Part shown: piece by piece, positions 24,961 to 35,420 of the stretch
Layout of the letters: every line of letters starts with the position of its first letter
Numbering within the stretch: the stretch's first letter is position 1
From: Eledone cirrhosa
Lineage: Eukaryota
Length of the DNA stretch: 64,000 bases
NCBI GenBank assembly: GCA_964016885.1
Contig: OZ024743.1
Location: forward strand, 284,952,001 to 285,016,000
Reading direction: 5' to 3'
The notes under the pieces: model-generated
What the model was told of the DNA's origin: nothing
The model's database searches: none
What the model saw: the letters and a program-made list of their open reading frames with translations, nothing else
Program-made: the position numbers and the translations under genes

Positions 24961-27746
24961 AAGCAAACATAACACCAGCTTGAGGCACTTCACCTTAATA
25001 TTGTATTTTTTCTTTTAAATTCTATTTGCAGTTTAAACAATCACTCATCCTGACCAAAATATCTTTAGACTCAGTTTGATAAGTTATTTTGTTTATATAT
25101 ATATATATTGCAACTAACCTTTCAATTATTCACTCGACTAACATATGCACCTTATCTGCACAACTGCTGCAGTGACTGTATCTTTGATAGGTTATTACCA
25201 TACAAATCTTAACAGAAAGTTATCACTTGGGATAATTTCTTCTCTGTTCCTATTCTTCTAGCAATGTGTTAAATAGCTTTTTTTATTTACATTTGGGAGG
25301 AGGGGATTTTTATCTTTTTATGGAGATTTCACCATTATGTGATTAAACAAAATTCTTAACATTCTTTCATCTTTTATTGTTTCTATTATAAGTTCAACAT
25401 TTACAAATCATCACCTAATTTAGAATAAAATGACCATTTATTCTTCATAGTTTACCAATTTATCTTACCAATATTTTATGATTTACTAGATAAATAGCTG
25501 TCATTATTAGCTTTAGTCTTCTTATCCCAACAAAATGTCTATGTAGCAGCTTTCCTCTCTCTAGCATTATATCTCTCTTTCTCTGTCTCTCTCACAAATG
25601 TTAAAGAGTTATTTCTATTAGTCAACTAAGTACCTAGAATAAAGAAATGCTCCTAGCAAACTGAGATTACAAATTGGTTTCAATTTCTGCTGGAGCTATT
25701 TTATTACAGTGAAATCATTACAAATCTTTTGAAAAGCATGGATATCATGCAGTTTCTGCGCTCCAATAAATCTGACATCTTATGTACTTGTGTAAACCTA
25801 AAAGATAAAGGATAGATATTTATTTACCTTATGTGAAAAACAGTCAATAGATTCACTTTTCATGATCAAACATATACACAAATGAGTGATAAGATAAAAT
25901 GAATTTATGGAAAATAGTGTTCATGTGTTTACACCTAATAACATCAGTAGTATAAATAAAGTAGAAACATACAGTTTGGAATGAAAAACACATAAATTTC
26001 ATTTTGTAAGAAGATAAAATACTTGCTACAAACAAAGGTAACATTTCTCGAAAATACCTTTACTCTTTTCATACACTAGACAGTCAGTATACTTTATGTA
26101 GAAACGTCTCCAGCTCTAGCTTCTGCTATTTATAAGCAGAAGAGAAAAGTGTAGCTTGTCATGTTTATTTATTGTTTTATTATTAGCTAGGTTTTAGTGA
26201 AGGGACAGAATGTCCCTGGCCTTTTCAGATCCTGCAAGTCTGATGGGATTGACATGTGCAGGGAAAGAATTCCTAGAAGCCAACAGACTGGGCATACTGG
26301 TTAGTATGTAGCCTGTGGTGGTTGCACAGAACATAGATAATGATGCGAGACAGTAGTGCCTTGGATAGCAATAGATGACAGAATAAACATTATTACTCCT
26401 AACAAATCTAATTTTACCTTAAAAAATCATAAAAGTAATATCTTTCAACACCTCTCTATTATATTGATCAACTTATGAACATCTAGCATAGATATAATTG
26501 AAAAAATGACATAAGATTCTGTACAACCTACTGTTAAAAATAAGGCAAAGATGCCACTATGAAAGCTATTATAAGTGGTTTTTCTTACAATTTGACATCT
26601 GTTACTATTATACTTCTGTTAACCACCAGATACTTTTAAATACTATCAACCATGCTAGTTCTATCACCAACATCATACCTACACAAATCGAAACCAATCA
26701 ATTAACCTATATTATATAATAACACCACATGGATAAAGAAGTACAGTAATGATTTCTTAAATGTTAGTATGGGATTGAAGGGTTCAGCTGAAATTAGGGA
26801 CCTAATTAATTTGTATATTTTACTCAAAATGATCAAAATCTTTCCATTCACAGAAAGAGATCTGTATTGAAATGAGGCATTGCTCTCAAGTCTACAGATA
26901 AATTCTGGAAAGGCTTCCACCATACAACAATTAAAATTTATTATCACACTCAAACAGCAAATAAAAATAGTGGACTTTGTAGATATGATATTAAATTTAT
27001 TTGATAACACATTTAATTCATACAAAAAGCCTAACGAGAAACTTTTCAACATAAACTAACTATCCAACTCATGTGTAACCCTGCCATAAAAAGTGACAGC
27101 ATATGAAATTGATGGTTTGTTAAGTCCTTGTTATTATTGGATTATTTTTAAAGTTGGGGGTTTAAATATAGTAGTACAGATCTTTTTGATGGAAAGAAAT
27201 TCACATTATATCTAGCATTCATGAATATTGGAACCAGCTGATTTTCAATTAATCGAGCTATTATTTCATTCACTCAAATACATTTGAGAAACACATCAAA
27301 AAGAGAGAATGAGATAATTAAAGATGTAGTGATTTTACAAAGTTTGCTAGATGTTTCTAATCTTTCCTTTTTCTCACCCTTTTCCTCTTTAAAATCTAGT
27401 TCTCACTTTCACCCTCCCTATTTTTGACTCTCTCGCATGCACACACACACACACACTTCACCTCTTACTCCTCCTACTCTGTCTATCACTCCTAATCTCA
27501 TACTTCATCTCTCTCTTTCCACATTCTATCTTTCACTTTCCCTCTTCCCTCTTCATCTCTCTCCTTGTCTAATATTTGCTACCTTTCTCTTCTCTCTCTC
27601 CTCTCTCTCTATTTCGCACCTCTCTCTCTATTTTTCACTATCTGTCACTTTTATCCACCTCTCTCTTTCTTCTTCTTGTGCTTTCTCTCCCCTTTTGCAT
27701 TTTATTTTGCTTGAAAGTTACTAACGGAAAACTAGAATATATATAT

Positions 27747-27784
<38 letters not shown>

Positions 27785-27809
27785 CAGTATATATATATAT
27801 ATATAATGC

Positions 27810-28612
27810 TGTGCTGCATTGTTGCGAACATGAACATATGAATAAAAATAGACCAAGAGATAAAATGTCCTCATCAGTAGTCTGCTGATTATCGTTGGTA
27901 TTTCGACGCATTAAAGACTAGAAACCTAAAATCAGTGCGAGCGATAACTCAATTAAGTTATTGGGACAGTGGGAAAACAGAGGGAAGGAAACAAACACAT
28001 GGTAGTAATGCAACATAAAGAGAGGAAAATAGAGACAAGTCAATGAATCCTGTGGGCTTAAGTCTGACAAATCAAATTGACAAGGAGAAATAGACATGTC
28101 CGAGCCGCGAGAAGATTGAGAGAGGAAAGAAATTCAAGCAGGTCAGACGGGAGGAAGTGAGATAGGGGGAGAAGCAGAGAGGGAGTGAGTGAAAGTGTGA
28201 GGAAGGGGCCAGTTCTTCCCTCTGTTTTCCCACTGTCCTGATAACTTAATTGAGTTATCGCTCGCACTGATTTTAGGTATCTAGTCTTTAATGCATCGAA
28301 ATACCAACGATAATCAGCAGACTACTGATGAGGACATTTTATCTCTTGGTCTATTTTTATTCATATGTTCATGTTCGCAACAACGCAGCACGCCATTCTT
28401 CATTCACATATTTTTTCCCTTCGCTGTGGTTCATATTTTTTCTGTCACCTTACTGCTATCACCTTTTCTCTCTCCTTCACCTCTTGCCTTCCTCAACTCC
28501 CGCTGCTGGTCACTCACTCTCGTCTGGTCCCTTCCTCACACTTTCACTTACTCCCTCTCTGCTTCTCTACTGATGAGGACATTTTATCTCTTGGTCTATT
28601 TTTATTCATATA
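27810..28612. mobile_element. Complex fold-back element, probably Penelope-like remnant
   Basis: About 180-bp inverted arms 27810-27987 / 28216-28391; second inverted pair 28171-28212 / 28524-28566; direct repeat of ctactgatgaggacattttatc.. at 28322 and 28567. Confidence 0.6.
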
Positions 28613-29746
28613 TACATATACATATACATATCTATTCATGGCATATAGGCAGTGAATTGGCAGTCATGAGAATGTTGGATAGAATGTTTTCTGCTCTCTG
28701 AGTTCAAATCCCACCGAGGCCAACTTTGCCTTTCATCTTTTCGAGGTCGATAAAAAAAGTACCAGTACTGGGGTCGATTCTTCCTCTATATCTTTTTCTC
28801 TGCCAGGCTAAAAATGCCCAAGAAACGCTGTATGTCAATACAGCGCCCCGACAACTCTATTAGGAGTTACAGGACCACACATACATTCATGGCATATTAT
28901 ATATGGTATGTATGTGTGTATGTATATCTGTGTGTTTGTATGTATGTAGGATGAAAGTGATAGATAGTGAGAATAAAATGAGATGAACGTAAGGAGACAA
29001 AAAACAACAGAGAAGGGAGAACAGAAAGAGAGGAGGAGAGAGAGAGAAAGAAAGAGAAGAGATGGGTATTATCAAAAGTTAGAGAGGTAGAAAGATGGAG
29101 AGTAAATATAGCTAAGGCAAAGTTCCTCGGGGGGCAAGGAGGGTCCTCATCATACTAACTACATATGAAATAGTGTTTCTTATTCAGATTCTCATCTGTT
29201 TGTAACATTCTCTCGCTTTTCTCTTTTCACATATTTTCTCTCTCTTATATACTATACACACACATGCATACATACATGCATACACCACACACAAAACTTC
29301 ACTACACACATACATACATACACAAATACGTATACCACACAACTCCACCACACACACACACACAGAAATACACACAGATATACACCCATACCACACACAT
29401 TACATTAATTGTTTAGGTCAGTTCAGTTGTCAATCAATAAATACCCTTCACAATGGTCATTGTTTAAGGCCATCACTTCACTATTGAAAATATAGTCAAT
29501 ACATTCACCTTTTAGGTTATCTGCTGTAATTATTTTCAGTAATATGCACAATAACTTCATACAAACGCTACAGCAGTGAAACACATTTCCCTTTTGTATT
29601 CCGTTGTAATACGAACAAATTTTTACCAAATTTTTGAATATTCTACTTCCATGTTAATTTGTGTCCATAAATTTATGTCTATAGTCATAGCGAGTTTCTT
29701 CACTGTATGTCAATAACCTGCTTGGTTATTGGAGCTAAAACATTTA

Positions 29747-29943
29747 TGAGGGTTGGCTGAAAGTTCATAGGTTGACCAAGATACTCTCATGGAATGACCA
29801 AATGAGTTTTATTTTTCAACATAGTCCCTGGAAAGAAACAATGCAGTTATTAATAACAAGAGTTGAAGTTAATGCATGCAAGATTTCACAGTTCTAGCAT
29901 CACTCCTTCATAGTTAGCCTGTGAACTTTTCAGCCAAACCTTG
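29747..29943. mobile_element. Tc1/mariner-type MITE with TA TSD
   Basis: ta|tgagggttggctgaaagttcatagg ... cctgtgaacttttcagccaaaccttg|ta; second copy at 59429-59634. Confidence 0.85.
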
Positions 29944-30964
29944 TATGAACACAGCATGGGGTATAGTTAAGAAGTTTACCTGGCAAACATTAGGTCCTAG
30001 GTTCAATCCTACAGCATGGTATATTGAGCAAGTGTCATAGACTTGGGTTGATGCAAGCCTTGTGAAAGAAAATGGGTAAACGGTAATTGTTAGGAGCCTG
30101 TTGGATGGCCTGTACCTATAATTCAAAGGGCCTTGTCACACAGTATCATGCTGAATGACCTTGAGAATTATTTTAACCCTTTAGCATTTACATTACTCTA
30201 TATATTTACTATTATATTTTCATGGTAAAGGCTTTACCTCACATGATAAATCAAGTCTATGAAATTTTGATATTATTTATTTTGAGAACAATACCTTGCC
30301 ATCAGTATGAGTGGCTGGTTACAACTTGTTTGAACAGAAAGAGGTGAAAGAATTCTGGCCAGATAGGGCCATTCTCTTAATTTATAAACCTTCGAGATCA
30401 TTACTGCAAGCTAATGAAATGTTCTTTAGATATATATTTGAACAAGATAAAGTTCTGCTGGTGCCATGATAAAACACAGCCATTACATGCCATGAAGTGG
30501 ATGGTATTAGGGAGAGCATCCAGCTCTAGAAACCATGCCAGAATGTAACACATGAGTGAGACACAGTCATCAGACCTGTCTAGCATCAGAGCATGACAAC
30601 CTGTCTAACTCATGCTAACAAGGAAAATAGATGGAAAACGGTGATGATAGTGATAATGATTTTCATTGCTGGCACTGGTTGGACAAGACTGTTTGAGGTA
30701 GTTTATCAATGAAACATTGCACTTTATTCTACATTGCCTATTTTACTTGGCTGTCAGGGTGTATGTCATATCATGCTGGAACATTATCTGTTATAGACCA
30801 ATATCTTATCTAAGGAGATGTTTACGTCTCAGCCACTTCATACTAGAGCCACCTTCCAAAATCCCTTGGGGCATAGGGAGCATCTAAAAACATATTAGGT
30901 TTATAATAAGGTAAACTATTTAAATATAACATTGTGCTTTTTGAATAGATTTTAAATTTGTGCT

Positions 30965-31917
30965 TCATCATCATCATCATCATCATCGTTTAACGTCCGT
31001 GTTCCACGCTTGCATGGGTTTGGACGGGGGCTTTCCCACTTGAGGCAAGAGTGATTATCGTGCTCGCATAGGACTATCTGGCGGGTTTTCTACAGCTGGA
31101 TGCCCTTCCTAACACCAACCACATTTACAGTGTGGGGCTGGGAGGTTTTTACCGTGTTGCCTACACGGCCACATTACAGCGTGAACTGTGTGTTTTTGAC
31201 GTGACACCTACACGATCTCATTTGTTTCGGCCTGGATGTTGTGGCACCAACATAACTTTACATTGAAAGGGGCGGTGTGGATGGGGTGGAGGTGGTTGGA
31301 CAGGGGTGTATTTTGTTAGAGGTGCCTACTGGCTGTAGTAGGTTTTACTTTGTATTTAGGTAAGGCGGGTCTTCTCTATTACTGAGTACCGCCAAAGGTC
31401 TCGGTCCAGTGACATTGTCTTGGTGAGGTGTAAGTGTGTGAGGTCGGAATTTATCAGGTCGTCCCAGGTTTTTCTGGGTCTGCCTATTCCGTGGTTACCG
31501 TCTATCTTTATTGCCCTGCACTTTGTTATACAGCTATCGTCCTTCATGCGCATCACGTGACCATACCAACGTAGCCTTCTCTCGAGTAAACAACATCTGA
31601 TCCCTCTTATTTCTAATTTTTTCCTTAGTTCGTTTATGCTTTGCCGTTCACGTATATTACTATTACGCATCCAGCGGAGCATGCAAGCTTCGTTTCTCTC
31701 TAGTCTGCGTATATCCTCTGCACACAATGCCCAGGTCTCACTGCCATGCAACATTGCTGTTCATATGCAGGCATCGTACAACCTGCCTTTCATTTTTAGG
31801 GAGAACCCTTTAGCGGCTAATAGTGGTATAAGCTCTCTGAACTTTTTCCATCCAGTTCTGACTCTAGCTACTGTACTTTCAGAGCACCCTCCCCCACTGC
31901 TGATTTTGTCACCCAGC
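30965..31917 (-). mobile_element. 5'-truncated RTE family B copy
   Basis: Reverse complement of about 37838-38795 with scattered substitutions; ORF piece 31356-31754; (TGA)n tail. Confidence 0.95.
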
Positions 31918-32180
31918 TTCCTGTAAAGTATTTCAGATAAATCAGCCTCCCAGTCCTTCTTTGTACTATGCTATATACTACACACACAGGAACACTACAC
32001 TCTAATAGAATATTCATCAACCCTATAATTATAATATTGTGTTACCTGTCAAGTCATTGGGTCTTTAACTGGGGCTTCATTTCTATGCTGATAAAAATAT
32101 TTGAATGCAACACAGCAAGCTTACAAAAGACAAATCATCAAATATACATGTCCTATGCATTGAGCTATGGCTCTCCATTG

Positions 32181-32365
32181 GTGGATTGGCAGTATCGGTA
32201 GAGGGTTGGACGTCATGCTTTGACGCATAAAGTTACGGCCCTTTCCATTCTGAGTTCAAATCCCGCCGAGGTCAACTTTGCCTTTCATCCTTACGGGGTC
32301 GATAAATAAAGTACCAGTAATGTACTGGGTAATTGCTGGCCTTGTGCCCAAAGTAGAAACAATTA
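32181..32365 (+). mobile_element. SINE family M
   Basis: Matches 23858-24041. Confidence 0.9.
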
Positions 32366-33920
32366 TATCTATTTACATGTGAAAAGTGTAATAGATTGAT
32401 TTGTGGTGAAAAAGTGGAAAAGTCTAATGTTTTGGGCAGTACCTATTTACAGCATGGGAGACTAGACCATCTAACTGTAAATAGATGTCTTTGCCAGGAA
32501 CATAATTAGTTACTCATTATGAACAGTTACAGTAAAAGTTGTTAATGCTATTGTCATTGCAGTCATGGTAGTGGCCATATCAGTGTTGCTAATGGAATAC
32601 TAAGTTAACTCTTCAATGAGTTGACTATCAGCTCAATCAATTGTGACTGAGTTGCAGTGGCTCCACTGCAAACGTCATCTAGGGTAAGCTAAATTTAACA
32701 CTGTAAGCTAATAAAACACTTGTATAGTTTCACAGTGCTCCCTTCAGGCACTGTATCATCCAATGGTACCTGATTATAACTAAGCAGATGTTGCCCTTAA
32801 CAGTTACTGGTGTATTGATAATAGGGTAGAAATGCCAACTTTTTGCCAATAACATTATAATTTTTTAACTATTACCCTAATCTTTAGAAAGAAAAATATT
32901 TTTGATATTTATATCTACACCGTGTTTTGGTCAGTTTGAACTTGATTGTGATCAAGTGCCTTAATACCAAACGGGATTTAAACTAGGAGCCTATATTTTT
33001 AAATGAAGTGTGATTATGTTCTTATGCACTTGTGCACTAAGCTACTGACATGTGCAATTAACATTGCATTTTTGTTTTATTTATATTTATTTTTCAGTAA
33101 AGTAGACTTATTAAGTTGATACTAGCATTAGACTCACTGACTTGTTGAAGGCATGATTACCTTTAGTTTATAAATTAAGGTTCCTAGTTCATATATAATC
33201 AGCTACTATATACATATCCTGGAATAAGGCACCTGGAGATCAGACCAATTAAAATATAGTACAGATATAAATATTTAAGAAATTTCCATCTCCAAAGATG
33301 AGGTTAATTGTCTGAAAATATATAATTTTACTAACGAAACCTAATCTTAAGACATTTAATATTTAATATTGCAGCACCTTAATGATAGTATTTCCTGAAA
33401 ACTGTTAACATTAGTTTCTAAAAACTGAAGTAATCCTTTAAATTATATAAAGAGCATAGCTAATACTATCTTGAAATAAGACCAAAATATATATACATAT
33501 ATTTATAATAGGGAATTGGCGCCCAACAGCTGAGCTCTTGCCATTTTAACAGAAAATTCCAGCTTGGAATCAGGCCCTAACTCTTTAATATATTTACACT
33601 CTACTATTCCATGTAACAAGTACTCTGCTGAATAATGGTCTTACTAGTTTAACACTGGTATAATCCTGATATACATATATTTACATATATTATTTTGTTC
33701 CTTTAATGTATTAAACCCAAGCATGGACATAAATTGTCAGAACAAATCAATGGAATAAGAAAACCATCAGAAAGTAGAACATAGACTCTCATCTCCTGGA
33801 AAACAACTTGGTGCATCTACTAATTTGTCTTTCATGTTATTTCCCCTAAAATATAAAGCTATGAATAAATACATGCTAATTAATTAATTGTTAAAGATTT
33901 TCTTTTACTCAAATTTACAG

Positions 33921-34048
33921 ATCTGCCTCACCATACAATGGCTTTATGATACTCAATCGTCTTGAACCAAATAATCTTATAGAACCAATCACCAAAGATT
34001 TGGAATTTCAACTTCACAATCCATTTTTACTTTACCGGACTGTCAATG
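33921..34048 (+). CDS. DCP1: Internal coding exon of mRNA-decapping enzyme subunit 1 (Dcp1, EVH1 domain)
   Basis: tttacag|A TCT GCC ... AAT G|gtgagt. It translates (R)SASPYNGFMILNRLEPNNLIEPITKDLEFQLHNPFLLYRTVN, close to my recollection of vertebrate DCP1A/B RSASPYHGFTIVNRL...EPVNKDLEFQLHEPFLLYRNA. 128 nt, canonical splice sites. Neighbouring exons not found in the window. Confidence 0.93.
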
Positions 34049-34683
34049 GTGAGTTTTATCTTCCACTTTAATTATACATGTATAGATGAATTCTATGGTA
34101 ATTGACTGAACTACGGATTGAATGTTTTAGACATTCATTGGATGGTTTCAATGGCTCAGCTTGCTCATGAAATTAACTTGCAAGTGACTGAGCATTCCAC
34201 AAACACATATATCCTTAACCCTTTAGCATTTACATTACTTTGTATTTACTATTGTATTTTCACGGTAAACACATTATCTCACATAATTATCTCATATAAT
34301 ATGAATCTACAAAATGTTGATATTATTTATTTTGAGAACAATACAATCACATAAGTATAAGCAGCTGGTTACGGCCGGTTTGAGCAGAAAGAGGTGAGAG
34401 AATTCTGGCCTGATACAGCTAAAGATTCCACGTGACACAGTGTGTGATATAGCTGGCTCTTTGAATTACATGTACAGTCTGTCCAACAGACTTCCAAGCA
34501 GTTTCTGCCAACTCAATTTCACTCACTAGTTTTGGGGGGGCTAACCAGAAGCTATAGCAAATAACACTCAAGATGTCCCATGGTGGGATTGAATCTGGAA
34601 TCTTACAATTGTGATGCAAACCTCTTAACTATTCAACCATAGAACTCTATAGTAATTAACTGCACTGACTATTGAATATCTTG

Positions 34684-34726
<43 letters not shown>

Positions 34727-35007
34727 CACTTCGCCAAATTCCATTGCTTTGCTGTCTACTCCACGATATCCATGTAACGTAATGTACATATTTTTCTCTT
34801 CATCTCTGCCTCCACAAATCATATTCGTATCAAGTCCAAATAACCAACCAATCTATCGCTAAAACAATCTACATTTTTTGTATCCATTAATTGTTAGATA
34901 CAAAAGTTTTTGGTCGTATTGAACAAAACAAATTTTGTATTTTTGTTAATCGCTTGTTAAATGCAAGGACCCCATTCAATCATTACCTTCTATCTAGCTA
35001 CCCAACA

Positions 35008-35152
35008 CCCCTCCGCCCCGCCCCCACGCACCACCATTGCTATTACGTGGACCAATCATAAGCCAGAGCCCCCACGCATCACCAGTATTATTATTACGCG
35101 GACCAATCAGTAGCCAGAGGCCTATACTATCGCTTGCCTTTCGATATATAAT
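35008..35152 (+). promoter_or_regulatory. Putative internal Pol II promoter of RTE-B
   Basis: GC boxes ccgccc x2, duplicated ttattacg(t/c)ggaCCAATca unit (about 35041 and 35092), TATATAA at 35145; core motif conserved in RTE-A at 5288-5323 (minus). Confidence 0.5.
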
Positions 35153-35158
35153 GGATGG

Positions 35159-35407
35159 ATGGATGGACTGCGAAATCCTGGAAAGTGGAGGAGAGAGAGA
35201 GAAAAATCTGGACGCTCAGCGGCAATGCCAAAGATAAAGACAAGTTCACCTCTTGGACGAGAATGCGAGCACTCCTCATTGTTTCGACCGCGGACGGCTA
35301 ACATAACCCCATCGCCCCCCGCCCCCCCACCGCCCCCAACCCCCAAACGCAATCCAAAACTTCAGAGTTGGTACCATAAATGTAGGCACCCTAAAGGGTC
35401 GCGCTAA
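35159..35407 (+). CDS. Short upstream ORF of RTE-B overlapping the main frame (probable true N-terminus)
   Basis: Reads ..PTPKRNPKL, aligning with RTE-A ..DKCPKL, immediately before RVGTINVG which lies in the +1 frame. Confidence 0.5.
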   Translation: MDGLRNPGKWRREREKSGRSAAMPKIKTSSPLGRECEHSSLFRPRTANITPSPPAPPPPPTPKRNPKLQSWYHKCRHPKGSR

Positions 35408-35420
35408 CGAGGTTGTAGAA

